From positions 120,179 to 184,178 of the forward strand of contig JAPSGB010000001.1 of NCBI GenBank assembly GCA_035063585.1: DNA of 64,000 nt, in the 5' to 3' direction. The notes below the pieces were generated by a model that did no database searches, was not told where the DNA came from, and saw only the letters and a program-made list of their open reading frames with translations. Each line of letters opens with the position of its first letter. The first letter of the stretch is position 1. The position numbers and the translations under genes are program-made. Positions 28,624 to 38,625 of this stretch are shown here, one piece after another. Source of the stretch: Polyangiaceae bacterium (GTDB lineage: Bacteria; Myxococcota_A; Polyangia; Polyangiales; Polyangiaceae).

Positions 28624-29532
28624 TCAGCCGCGCGCGAGCGGGGCGAGCGCGCGCACGAGCGCCGCGGGCTCGCCCGAGAGCGCGCTCCACAGCGCCGCGA
28701 GCTCGCGCGGCGCGGGCGCCTCGAATCGCAGCGCTCGTCCGTCGAGCTCGAGCGCGACCCACGCCGCGTGGAGCGCGACGCGAGCGATCGCGGCGACGCT
28801 GCCGCTCGCGCCGGTGATCCGCGCCAGCCCACCGTGCGCGCGATCGCCGAGCAGCGGCGCGCCCGCTCCGGCCGCGTGGAGCCGGATCTGGTGGGTGCGC
28901 CCCGAGGCGGGCTCGACCGCGAGGAGCGCGCTCGGCGGCGCGGCGGGCGCAACGCCCGCGCCGCGCGCGACGAGCGCGTAGCGCGTCCGGGCGGCGCGCC
29001 CACCGAGCGGCGCGTCCCACGCGCCGGCAGGCGGCGCGGGCGCCGCCTGAGCGATGGCCACGTAGTGACGAGCGAGCGCGCCCGCGTCGTGCGCCGCGCG
29101 CACCGCGCGCCGCGCCTGCGCGGTGCGCGCGAAGAGCACCACACCGCTCACGCCGACGTCGAGGCGCGAGCAGGCATGCAGCCGCTCTTCGGCGATCCCG
29201 AGCTTACTCGCGACCGCCTGCCGCACGCTCGCGCGCCCAGCGCGATCCGGCTCGGTCGGCAGCGCGGGCGGCTTGTACGCCGCGACCAGGCCGCCAGCTT
29301 CGCCGAGCAGCGTCACCGTGCCCTCCGGCGCGCTCCGCGCGGCCGCGGCCTCGACCACGGTGCCCGCGGTGAGCGCGAGCGCGGCTGCGGAGAGCGAGGC
29401 GCGACGGCCCGCCACGAACACTCGGCCCTCGGCGAGCGCCGCCGGGAGCTCCTCTCCCAGCTCGGCGAGGAGCGCGGCGAGCGATGCGCCGTCGGGCGCG
29501 ACCCAGCGTCGCAGCCGCGAACGCGCGCTCAT
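28624..29532 (-). CDS. RluA-family RNA pseudouridine synthase
   Basis: KP, SRLDVGVSG (catalytic Asp), GRTHQIRLH, LLGD and LHA. Confidence 0.85.
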   Translation of the reverse strand: MSARSRLRRWVAPDGASLAALLAELGEELPAALAEGRVFVAGRRASLSAAALALTAGTVVEAAAARSAPEGTVTLLGEAGGLVAAYKPPALPTEPDRAGRASVRQAVASKLGIAEERLHACSRLDVGVSGVVLFARTAQARRAVRAAHDAGALARHYVAIAQAAPAPPAGAWDAPLGGRAARTRYALVARGAGVAPAAPPSALLAVEPASGRTHQIRLHAAGAGAPLLGDRAHGGLARITGASGSVAAIARVALHAAWVALELDGRALRFEAPAPRELAALWSALSGEPAALVRALAPLARG

Positions 29533-32117
29533 CGCGCGAGCCGCTCCACGACGCCGCGGTCGCCGTCGACGACCAGCGCCTCGCCGTCGACAATCACGCC
29601 GGCCGCGCCGCGAAGACCCAAGACCGCCGGCAGCCCATACTCACGCGCGACCACCGCGCCGTGGCAGAGCGGCCCGCCGAGCTCGCTCACCAGCGCGCCA
29701 GCCGCGAGGAAGAGCGGCGCGAAGGCGACGTCGGGCGCGCGGAGCACGAGCACGTCACCGGGCTCGAGGCGCGCGGCGCCCGCACCGGACGGCCCGACCA
29801 GCCGCGCGCGGCCGGTGCTCTTGCCGCCCGAGCCCGGCACGCCGTGGAGCACGCGGCTGCCGGGCGGCGGTAGCTCGAACGGGAGCGGCGCACCCTGGAA
29901 CGTCTCGGGCGGCTCCGAGAGCGCGGCGTCTCGCCCGTGCTCGGCGCGGCGCATGCGGATGATCGGTCCGAGATCGGAGCGCGCAGCGCGCGACGCGCTC
30001 ACGAGCTCGTCGAGCGTCGAGAAGAAGGCCGAGCCTGGCGTGAGCGACGGATCGAGACGGCGCATCCGGCGATCGAGATCGAGCGCGACGGTGCGGAGCA
30101 TGCCGAGCGTGCGCGCCATCCACACGCGCACGCGCTCGCGCATCCGCGCGAGCCTACGCCAGCGGCTCACCAGCGCACGCACGAGCGCCTGCTCGACATA
30201 TGGAAGCCGCGTTTCGACGCGAGCGAGCTCGCGGGCGGCGGCGCGGCGCGCCTCGACGAGCCTGAGCTCGGCGTCGCGCGGGTCGCTCATGAGCGCGGTG
30301 ACCATGGCGAGGAGCGGCGCTGGCGCCTCGGCGAAGCGGGGCCGGGCGAGCTCGGACTCCTCGAGCGCGCGATCACCGTAGGCGTCGAGGAATTGCTCGA
30401 GCGCGCGGCGCGCGGGGCCCACTGGCAGCGCCGCTGGCGCCTCCGCGCCGGCGAGGAGCGCCGAGCGTGCGCCCGGATCGCGCGCGGCGATGGCGGCGAC
30501 GTGGGCGAGCGCGACCCCGGGGAGCGCGGTCTCGAGATCTCCCACGCCCGCGGTGATCGCCTGGACGAGCCGTGGGGCCTCTATCGGCGCGCTCCGCTCG
30601 AGCACGCGCGTGAGCGCCGTGTGCGTCGCGACCAGAGCGAGCGTCGCGTCGATCATGGCGCGCGCGGTGCGCTCGAAGAAGCCGCGGCTCTCGCGGAGCG
30701 TCGTCTCGAGGCCGTCATCGGGCAAAATTGCGAGATCCATCTCGACGAGCCAGCGCCGCTGCTGCTCGGCGTCGTGCTCGAAGCGCCGCACCTCGTCGGC
30801 CAGGCGGCGCTCGCGTGCGAGCACCCGTGCCGCGGCGAGCGACACCTCCGCGAGCGAGACGTCGGGGGAGCGCGCCGCGGGTTCGAGCGAGCCGGCGAGC
30901 TCACGCAAGGTCCGTCGGCCAACGCCGGGCACCGCGGCGAGCGCGCGCTCGAGCTCGGTGAGCTCGAAATAGAAGCGACCGCGCACGCGGCCGACGAGCG
31001 GCGCTCCGCGCGAGCGCTTGGCGCCGAGCGAGCGGAGCGTGGGGTCGAGCTCACGCGTCGTGAACGCCTCGACGAGCGACCAGGTGAGCGGCGTCGGCGG
31101 GCCGAACAGCGACTCGCCGAGCCCTAAGCGCGACCACTCGGTCGACGAGTTGCCCCCGCTCGGGAAGTCTTGCCCGGCGACCCGCCGCGCCTCCGCGACG
31201 AAGACCTCGCTCGCCGGGGAGATGGCGAGCTCGAGCTCGAGCGCGCCGGGCTCGACGTGCTCGAGCGCGGCGGCGAGCTCCGCGAGCGCGCCGACCGCGC
31301 CGGTAACGGCAGCGGCGCGCTCCGCGAGGTCGGGCGGGTCGGCAGCTACTTGCTCGGTGACGACGCCGTCCGCCGTGAAGCGCACCACCGCGCCACGCGC
31401 TCGACGACCGAGCGGCGCGGCGGGCGCGGAGGGCGTAAGCGCGAGCACGCGCACCGGGACCGCGACCGCGACTGGACTGCTCGGGGTCGGTGTCTCCACC
31501 ATGACACCGCGCGGCTGATCGGGGTCGCGCGCGAGGAGTACTCCGCTCGCTGCGAGCGCGGGCAGCCGCTGGATGACGACCCCCATGGCGAGGTCGCGCA
31601 CGCGGCGCCCGCGCAGATACGCGAGCGCGGACGCGCCGAGCGCGCCGGCCCACGCGTCGTGGAGGGCCCGGTCGAGCTCGTCCGCGGTCCGGAGCCCTTG
31701 GCGGGTGAGCTCGAGCCCCGCGCCGCGCGCGAGGTCGTCGCTCACGGTCGGGCTCGCGCGCACCGCGAACCGCGAGCCGGGGCGCGCCTCGACCACCTCG
31801 GCGACCACCCGCTCGAGCTCCTCGCGGAGCGCCGGCACGCTCACGAGCAGGATCCGTTCGCGGGCGTGCGCCGCGCGCTCGAGCCCCGCGGGGCGGTGGA
31901 TCACGCGCAGGAGCGACGCCGGGTCGTGCCCGGGAGGTAGGAGCTCATGGACCGCATCGCGAAACACGGCGACCGGCACGCACCAGCTCTCGAGCACGGA
32001 GAGGCCTCGGGCGCGCACCCCCGCCAGGGCGGCGCCGCGACCGCCGAACGCAGCCGCGTCGAGCGCGCCTTCGAGCGGTACGAGCCGGACCGGATCCCGC
32101 CGTGGGTGCTGCGCCAT
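29529..32117 (-). CDS. PEP-utilising enzyme with rifampicin-phosphotransferase-like architecture; ATP-grasp degenerate
   Basis: AVRAS and MGVVIQ remnants; C-terminal GGPLCHGAVVAREYGLPAV phospho-His domain. Confidence 0.78.
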   Translation of the reverse strand: MAQHPRRDPVRLVPLEGALDAAAFGGRGAALAGVRARGLSVLESWCVPVAVFRDAVHELLPPGHDPASLLRVIHRPAGLERAAHARERILLVSVPALREELERVVAEVVEARPGSRFAVRASPTVSDDLARGAGLELTRQGLRTADELDRALHDAWAGALGASALAYLRGRRVRDLAMGVVIQRLPALAASGVLLARDPDQPRGVMVETPTPSSPVAVAVPVRVLALTPSAPAAPLGRRARGAVVRFTADGVVTEQVAADPPDLAERAAAVTGAVGALAELAAALEHVEPGALELELAISPASEVFVAEARRVAGQDFPSGGNSSTEWSRLGLGESLFGPPTPLTWSLVEAFTTRELDPTLRSLGAKRSRGAPLVGRVRGRFYFELTELERALAAVPGVGRRTLRELAGSLEPAARSPDVSLAEVSLAAARVLARERRLADEVRRFEHDAEQQRRWLVEMDLAILPDDGLETTLRESRGFFERTARAMIDATLALVATHTALTRVLERSAPIEAPRLVQAITAGVGDLETALPGVALAHVAAIAARDPGARSALLAGAEAPAALPVGPARRALEQFLDAYGDRALEESELARPRFAEAPAPLLAMVTALMSDPRDAELRLVEARRAAARELARVETRLPYVEQALVRALVSRWRRLARMRERVRVWMARTLGMLRTVALDLDRRMRRLDPSLTPGSAFFSTLDELVSASRAARSDLGPIIRMRRAEHGRDAALSEPPETFQGAPLPFELPPPGSRVLHGVPGSGGKSTGRARLVGPSGAGAARLEPGDVLVLRAPDVAFAPLFLAAGALVSELGGPLCHGAVVAREYGLPAVLGLRGAAGVIVDGEALVVDGDRGVVERLAR

Positions 32118-32138
32118 GCCCGCTTGGCGCCGCCGGGC

Positions 32139-32492
32139 TCAGGGCGTCCGGGTGGGGGTCGAGCCCGTCGCCCGGCGCACGAGCTCGACGAGCACCGGAT
32201 CGGTGGCGAGCTGCTCGCGCAGGCTCTCTCTCACGAACTCGAGCTGTTCTGCCGGAAGCTCACCCTGCAAATGCTCGACGGCTCCGGTGACCCGCGCGTC
32301 GAGGTACTGATCGAGCCCGATTTCACCGCGCTCGAGCCGACCGAGCTCCTCGCTTCCTGTCGGCGGGCCCGCGGCGCTCGTCTGGTCGACGCGGAAGCTC
32401 TCACCCTGGATCGGGGTGCCGCCGCCGGGGGACGCTACCCCTCCGGTGCCGAGCGGGCCGCCGCCGGGCTTGCCGATGCCGTCGATTCCCAT
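32139..32492 (-). CDS. Small hypothetical protein
   Basis: ATG at 32492 (MGIDGIG), helical C-terminal domain; co-oriented with neighbours. Confidence 0.65.
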   Translation of the reverse strand: MGIDGIGKPGGGPLGTGGVASPGGGTPIQGESFRVDQTSAAGPPTGSEELGRLERGEIGLDQYLDARVTGAVEHLQGELPAEQLEFVRESLREQLATDPVLVELVRRATGSTPTRTP

Positions 32493-32540
32493 ATGCCCTA
32501 CCTTAGCCGTGCTCGTGCCGAGCACCAATGGTCCGCTCGC

Positions 32541-33002
32541 CTAGCGGATGTTCGAGATGGCATTCTTCACGGTGTCATGGCGTGCCTTGAGGACGTTCGA
32601 CACCGTCGTATAAGCGCGATTTTCTGCCTGCATGCGCTCCTGGAGCTGGAGATAATAGAGGTTCTGATCCGCGCTCTCGGCGAGCGCAGCCTCCACGCTC
32701 GTGCCGGGCGCCGCCGCGGACGTCCCGGTGGAGCCCTCCGCGCTCACGTCGGGCGCGCCGGCGCCGGCGCCCACACCGGCGCCCACCGCCGGAGCGTGGC
32801 CCACGCCGGGGCGAAACGCGGCGGCGAGCACGGGTCCTCCGGGCAAGCGCGTCACCGCGGCCTCTGCGCCGCCGATGACGGCGCTCGCACCGGCGGACAT
32901 GACCTGCCGGAACGGGCGCGCGGGCGGGGGCGTGACGCGGGCCGCGGTGGGGGTAGAGGCGACGGCGGTCGACGGACCGCCCGGGATGATTCGAGTCGTC
33001 AT
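32541..33002 (-). CDS. Hypothetical protein with T3SS needle (SctF)-like C-terminal helix
   Basis: GGAGG RBS; ends LQLQERMQAENRAYTTVSNVLKARHDTVKNAISNIR. Confidence 0.65.
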   Translation of the reverse strand: MTTRIIPGGPSTAVASTPTAARVTPPPARPFRQVMSAGASAVIGGAEAAVTRLPGGPVLAAAFRPGVGHAPAVGAGVGAGAGAPDVSAEGSTGTSAAAPGTSVEAALAESADQNLYYLQLQERMQAENRAYTTVSNVLKARHDTVKNAISNIR

Positions 33003-33098
33003 GTAGCAACCTCCAACGGATCTGGGGAGAGCGAACGCCTCCTCATCGGCTGGAGCACTGGAAGGTTGCGTGAGATCGAGCGGGGTCCGAGAGAATCG

Positions 33099-33839
33099 TC
33101 AGAAGCGCCCGACCGCGTCGAGGCCGTAGCCGGAGCCGACGGGCCCTGGGACGAGGTAGTAGCTCGGTTGGTCGCGCACCCACACGGACTTCGGCGCGAA
33201 GAGCGCCACCGCGAGCAAGCTGCCGCCGCTCGTCTGCACGAGGCCGTCGAGGATGAGCAGTACGCGCGTGAGGGAATCATCGCCATGACACCCCGCGCTG
33301 GTGTCCGACCTTTCCGCACAGGACCGGCGCGCGAGGAGGGTTACCCACGGCCCGAGAACGGGGACCGCCAGCCAACCGGTGCGGTTCGGGAAGCCGGTGC
33401 CCGACCCCACCGAGAACCCGATCGCGTAGGGCACACCGAGCGTGATCGAACCTGCGATGACGTAGCCGTTCCGCACGCGTTCCTCTACGTGGTAGCCGGG
33501 CAAGGGCGGATCGCCCTCGCGATACGGCTGCGTCTCGGGCATCAGCTCCGCTCGATAGCCCGGCGGCAACGCGTAACCCGGCGGCGGCGCGTAGCCCGGC
33601 GGCGGCGCGTGGCCCGGGGGCAACGCGTGGCCCGGCGGCAACGCGTAACCCGGCGGCGGCGCGTAGCCCGGCTGCGGCTGCGCGGGCTGCGGCTGCGCGG
33701 GCTGCGGCTGCGCGGGCTGCGGCTGCGCGGGCTGCGGCTGCGCGGGCTGCGGCTGCGCGGGCTCCGCCTGCGCGGAGGCGAGCGGCGCCACGAGAGCCGT
33801 CGCGAGCCCCACGGCTATTCGCGCGATCATCCGGATCAT
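33099..33839 (-). CDS. Exported Pro/Gln-repeat protein with hydrophobic C-terminal domain
   Basis: GGAGG RBS, signal peptide (ASA), QPAQP and PPG[YH]A repeats, C-terminal Phe. Confidence 0.7.
   Translation of the reverse strand: MIRMIARIAVGLATALVAPLASAQAEPAQPQPAQPQPAQPQPAQPQPAQPQPAQPQPGYAPPPGYALPPGHALPPGHAPPPGYAPPPGYALPPGYRAELMPETQPYREGDPPLPGYHVEERVRNGYVIAGSITLGVPYAIGFSVGSGTGFPNRTGWLAVPVLGPWVTLLARRSCAERSDTSAGCHGDDSLTRVLLILDGLVQTSGGSLLAVALFAPKSVWVRDQPSYYLVPGPVGSGYGLDAVGRF
33555..33762 (-). repeat. Coding tandem repeats: 18 bp (PPG[YH]A[PL]) and 15 bp x6 (QPAQP)
   Basis: ggctgcgcgggctgc and cccggcggcggcgcgtag units. Confidence 0.88.
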
Positions 33840-33927
33840 ATCGGTAGTCTACCTCCGAGTGTCGGACCGGGGCAGCCGGCGGCGCGTTCCGGGGCACGCT
33901 CGCGCGCCACCTCGCGCTGTCGTCCGC

Positions 33928-34926
33928 TCAGATCCCGAACCACGCGCTCGGCGCGAGCGTGTCGGCGCCGTGACGGATCTCGAAGTAGAGCCGCGGCCCA
34001 CCGCCGCCGTCACCGACCGTTCCGAGGCGCGCGCCGGCTGCGACGTCATCGCCGGCCGTGACCGCGATCTCGGCGAGGTTCGCGCTCACCGTGTAGTAGC
34101 TTCCGCCGTGATCGATGATGACCGTCTTGCCGTAGTCGGCGTAGGTATCCGCGAACGCGACGCGCCCCGGAAACACGGCCCGCACCGGCGCGCCGAAGGG
34201 CGCGCGCATCTCGAGGCCGGGGCCATCGCCGCCGTTGCGACTCGCCGCGGTGATCTCGGCGCGTCCGGCGAGCGGGAATGGGAGCTGCCCCTTCATGGCA
34301 GCGAAGCCACCACCGCTGAGATCCGGGTTGGATGGCCCGATCCCAGCGCCGTAGACCGCGGTGTGCCCTGCCGGCCCACTCGACTCGAAGGCGCGCTGGA
34401 AGGCGAGCGCGCGGTCCTGCTCGGCGAGCAGCGCGTTGCGCGCTTGCTGCATGGCGGCGTGCTCGAGCTCGAGCGGACCGCGCTCGCGCGCGATTTGCTC
34501 GAGCCGGACGCCGAGCGCGCGCCGGGCACGCGCGAGCTCCTCTTCCCGCGAGAGGTCCCGCGCGAGCGCGTGGCGCAGGCGCTCGAGCCGTGAAGCATGT
34601 TCGACCAACGCGTCGAAGCCTCCGCCCACCGGCAACAGCCCCGCGCGCGCTCCACGCACGTACGCGCGGCCGCGCGCCACCGTGCGCTCGTGGAGCGCCC
34701 GGCTCTCGTCGGCGAGCTCACCGAGCTGCTTCTTCGCGGCCTGCTCTTCGCTCGAGAGCCGCTCGAGCGCTCGATCGACGTCGGTCACCGTCTTCGGCAA
34801 GACGGGGGTCGCGAGGCTGGGTTGGCCCGGCGCGGAACCGCGCGGCTCGCCGGGGTCGGCGCCAGGGAGCGCGGCCGCAGCGCTCGCGGCGAACACCACC
34901 AGGGCGAAGGGCATCCGTGTCTTCAC
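33928..34926 (-). CDS. envC: Murein hydrolase activator EnvC-like (coiled coil + degenerate M23)
   Basis: M23 fold lacking Zn ligands (GLEM, PRLYFEIR); follows ftsX. Confidence 0.78.
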   Translation of the reverse strand: MKTRMPFALVVFAASAAAALPGADPGEPRGSAPGQPSLATPVLPKTVTDVDRALERLSSEEQAAKKQLGELADESRALHERTVARGRAYVRGARAGLLPVGGGFDALVEHASRLERLRHALARDLSREEELARARRALGVRLEQIARERGPLELEHAAMQQARNALLAEQDRALAFQRAFESSGPAGHTAVYGAGIGPSNPDLSGGGFAAMKGQLPFPLAGRAEITAASRNGGDGPGLEMRAPFGAPVRAVFPGRVAFADTYADYGKTVIIDHGGSYYTVSANLAEIAVTAGDDVAAGARLGTVGDGGGGPRLYFEIRHGADTLAPSAWFGI

Positions 34927-34927
34927 G

Positions 34928-35797
34928 TCACACGACCAGGAGCTTGCGGAGACTCGCGTAGGCGGCGAGCGCGCCGAGCACGCCGCCGAGCGCGACCATC
35001 GGCACCGCGACGTGCCACGGTAGGAAGCTCGGCGTCACCCCGAGCAGCGTCCCGAGGGTACCGTCGAACTGACTCCGCACGATGAGGTAGAGCACTCCGA
35101 GCAACGCGAGCGCGAGCGCCGCTCCGAGCGCGCCTTGCGCCGCGCCTTCCACCACGAAGGGGCGCCGGACGTAGCCGTCGCTCGCGCCGACCAGCTTGAG
35201 CACTTCGACCTCGAGCCGCCGGCGTTCGAGCGTGAGGCGGATGGTCGACGAGACCACGCTCACGACGGCGCCGAGCACCACCAGCGCGAGCACCAGCGCC
35301 GCCGACACGCCACCGGTGAGCACCTTGCCGAGCCGCGCGCTCCAGCTCTGATAGGTCTCGACCGAGTCGACCGCCGGCAGCTTCTCGAGCTGCGTCGCCA
35401 CGTCCACGAGCCGACGAGCGGCGGCCTCGTCGGCGAGGCTCACCTCGAGCGACGCCGGGAACGCCTCGGAGGGCAGCTTGTCGAAGAGCTCGTCCGAGCT
35501 CTGTCCGGTCACCTCACGGCGCGCGTCGTCGCTCGAGACGAAGCGGACGTCGGTGACGCCTGGGGTCGCGCGGAGCGCCTTCTCGATGTCGGCGATGGAG
35601 CCGGGCTTGGCGCCGCTCTTCAGGAACACCGAGGCGCGCCCGGCGTTGGTCCAGCGGGCGCGCACGCCGTCGACGTTCACGACTACGAGTAGCGCCGAGG
35701 CGAGGCACACGAACGCCACCGCGACCGAGAACACCCCGAGCAGGTGCAGACGCCAGTCGTTACGCCCGCCGCGCCAGGCTCGCTCGACCGCTCCCAT
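34928..35797 (-). CDS. ftsX: Cell division permease FtsX
   Basis: FPASLEV, TIRL, EVLKLVGA and RRPFVVEG; 4 TM helices. Confidence 0.9.
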   Translation of the reverse strand: MGAVERAWRGGRNDWRLHLLGVFSVAVAFVCLASALLVVVNVDGVRARWTNAGRASVFLKSGAKPGSIADIEKALRATPGVTDVRFVSSDDARREVTGQSSDELFDKLPSEAFPASLEVSLADEAAARRLVDVATQLEKLPAVDSVETYQSWSARLGKVLTGGVSAALVLALVVLGAVVSVVSSTIRLTLERRRLEVEVLKLVGASDGYVRRPFVVEGAAQGALGAALALALLGVLYLIVRSQFDGTLGTLLGVTPSFLPWHVAVPMVALGGVLGALAAYASLRKLLVV

Positions 35798-35799
35798 GA

Positions 35800-36588
<789 letters not shown>

Positions 36589-36656
36589 GCCCGTCGAGGT
36601 AGCAGGACCGCCCGAAACCGAACAAGTTTTCGACGGCGCGAGGGGGCGCGAAATCC

Positions 36657-37676
36657 GTGAGGATCGGCTTCTTCGGGCTGCCGCTCGCGGCGTACCTGCT
36701 GGTGGAGGACGGCCATACGCTCGCCTTCGCGGCCCTCTCGCCCATCCGCGCTCCAGGCGCGCGACGCCTCCGCCGGCTCATCGGCGCCGAGCGCGTCCTC
36801 GACGCGGCCGAGTTGGGCAACCGGCTCGGCGAGGAGGTGGAGGCGCGACTCGGTGAGGCGGAGCTCATCGTGAGCTGGTTCTGGACGCGCCGGCTCCCCG
36901 GAGCGTGGCTCGCGCGCGCGCCGCTCGGCGCGATCGGTGTCCACCCGTCGCTGCTCCCGCGTCACCGCGGCCCGGACCCGTTCTTCGCGGCCATCGACGC
37001 CGGAGACGAGGAGACCGGGGTCACGGTGCACCGCCTCGACGCGAGCTACGACACCGGTCCCATCCTGCTCGCGGAACGGCTCCGCATCGGGGAGCGGAGC
37101 GCGTGGCAGCTCGCCCGCGCGCTCGACCGGCCGGCGCTTCGCCTCCTCCGCGAGGCGGCTCGGCGCATCGCGAGCGGCGCTCCCATGCCCGAGGCGCGGC
37201 AAGACGAGTCCCTGGCGACCTGGGCCGGCGAGCCCGAGGGCGCCGAGCTCCGGGCGGATTTCAGCTGGGACACGTCGCGAGTCCTTCGGCGTATCCGCGC
37301 TCTCGCGCCGGTGCCCGGGCTCGCCATCGCCGTGCACGACCAGAACCTGTTCGTGACCGAGGCGATCGCCGAGCCGCGACTCTTGCCGGCGCTCGAGCCC
37401 GGCGAGGCACTCATCGACGCGCAACGCGGGCTCGGTATTCGCACCGGGGACGGCGGCATCGTCGTCACCGCGGCGACCGTGGGCGAAGCCTCCGGGCTGC
37501 CGGCCGGGACCGAGCTCGACGCGGCCGGGGTGGCCGCGCTCCTCGCGGAAGCGGGAAACCGGCCGTGCGACGCGCGAGGAACTCGCTTGGGTGCCGGGTC
37601 GGGAGCGGTGATAGACTGGCCCCCTTCGGAGGAGCAGGATGACCGATCCGGTGACGACGGCGCGGACCGCCCGTGA
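36657..37676 (+). CDS. Formyltransferase (Fmt/ArnA-like)
   Basis: HPSLLPRHRGPDP, ETGVTVH and DTGPI. Confidence 0.8.
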   Translation: MRIGFFGLPLAAYLLVEDGHTLAFAALSPIRAPGARRLRRLIGAERVLDAAELGNRLGEEVEARLGEAELIVSWFWTRRLPGAWLARAPLGAIGVHPSLLPRHRGPDPFFAAIDAGDEETGVTVHRLDASYDTGPILLAERLRIGERSAWQLARALDRPALRLLREAARRIASGAPMPEARQDESLATWAGEPEGAELRADFSWDTSRVLRRIRALAPVPGLAIAVHDQNLFVTEAIAEPRLLPALEPGEALIDAQRGLGIRTGDGGIVVTAATVGEASGLPAGTELDAAGVAALLAEAGNRPCDARGTRLGAGSGAVIDWPPSEEQDDRSGDDGADRP

Positions 37677-38625
37677 ACGAATCGCGCAAGGGCTGAGCAC
37701 ACTGCAGAGCCCGGGCGCACCGCCGACTCTGATGAACGCCGCCGAGCCCATCGCGCAGGCGATGAGCGCACTGCACCAGATCGAGGCGTCGCACGGCGCA
37801 GCGGCCGCGCAGTACGCCCCGACCGCGTTGGACGCGTTGCGACGCGCGCTCGCCCTACTGCAAGCTCAGCCCGCCGGTCAGCCGGCGGTCGACCAGACGG
37901 TCGAGGCGATCGCGGGCTCGCTCGGGCTCGTGCACTCGCTCAGCCAGGCCGCAGCGGCGGCGGCCGCGCCGACCGCATTCGATCCGAGCCCACCGACCCA
38001 GCCCTCCGCGGCGGCCACCCAGCCGGCACCAGCCCCAGCCCAGTGGCAGCAGCCCGCCCCGCAGGCGCCCGCGCAGCAACCCCAGTGGCAGCAGCCCGCC
38101 CCGCAGGCGCCCGCGCAGCAACCCCAGTGGCAGCAGCCCGCCCCGCAGGCGCCCGCGCAGCAACCCCAGTGGCAGCAGCGCGCCCCGCAGGTGCCCGCGC
38201 AGCAACCCCAGTGGCAGCAGCCCGCTCCGCAGGCGCAGTATCAGCAGGCCCCACCGCAGCCTGCGGCGCCGCCCGCCGCCGGATTCGGCGCGCCGCTGCG
38301 GGTGGACGCCGAGCTCGGCGCGCACAGCGCGACCAACTTCTACAAGGGCCTCAGCGGCAACGACGTCATCGACTCCGGCGGCATCTTCATCGCGACCTAC
38401 CAGATCCCCGAGATCGGCCAGAACCTGATCATCAAGGTCTCGCTGCCGGGCGGCTACGAGTTCGAGGCGACGGGCGTGGTTCGTTGGACGCGCGATGCTC
38501 CCAATTCGGGTGCCGACTCCTCGCCGGGATACGGCGCGCAGTTCACGCAGATTACGCCGGAGGGTCGCCAGCTCGTCTACCGCTACGTGCGTAATCGCGA
38601 ACCTCTGTTCCACGACGATCTGTGA
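37639..38625 (+). CDS. TIGR02266/PilZ-like domain protein with Gln/Pro/Trp repeat linker
   Basis: NFYKG...GGIFIAT...GVVRW...PGYGAQF...REPLF; GGAG RBS. Confidence 0.75.
   Translation: MTDPVTTARTARERIAQGLSTLQSPGAPPTLMNAAEPIAQAMSALHQIEASHGAAAAQYAPTALDALRRALALLQAQPAGQPAVDQTVEAIAGSLGLVHSLSQAAAAAAAPTAFDPSPPTQPSAAATQPAPAPAQWQQPAPQAPAQQPQWQQPAPQAPAQQPQWQQPAPQAPAQQPQWQQRAPQVPAQQPQWQQPAPQAQYQQAPPQPAAPPAAGFGAPLRVDAELGAHSATNFYKGLSGNDVIDSGGIFIATYQIPEIGQNLIIKVSLPGGYEFEATGVVRWTRDAPNSGADSSPGYGAQFTQITPEGRQLVYRYVRNREPLFHDDL
38036..38238 (+). repeat. Coding 42-bp tandem repeat, about 4.5 copies (QQPQWQQPAPQAPA)
   Basis: cagtggcagcagcccgccccgcaggcgcccgcgcagcaaccc units. Confidence 0.9.

Noticed and set aside
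29529..32117. Rifampicin resistance gene (rph)
   Set aside because: Only the architecture is shared; the ATP-binding motifs are degenerate.
36657..37676. Housekeeping fmt
   Set aside because: It lacks the usual N-terminal FMGTP and QPD motifs and has no def neighbour; left as a generic formyltransferase.
37639..38625. c-di-GMP-binding PilZ receptor
   Set aside because: No RxxxR motif precedes the domain, so binding is unsupported.
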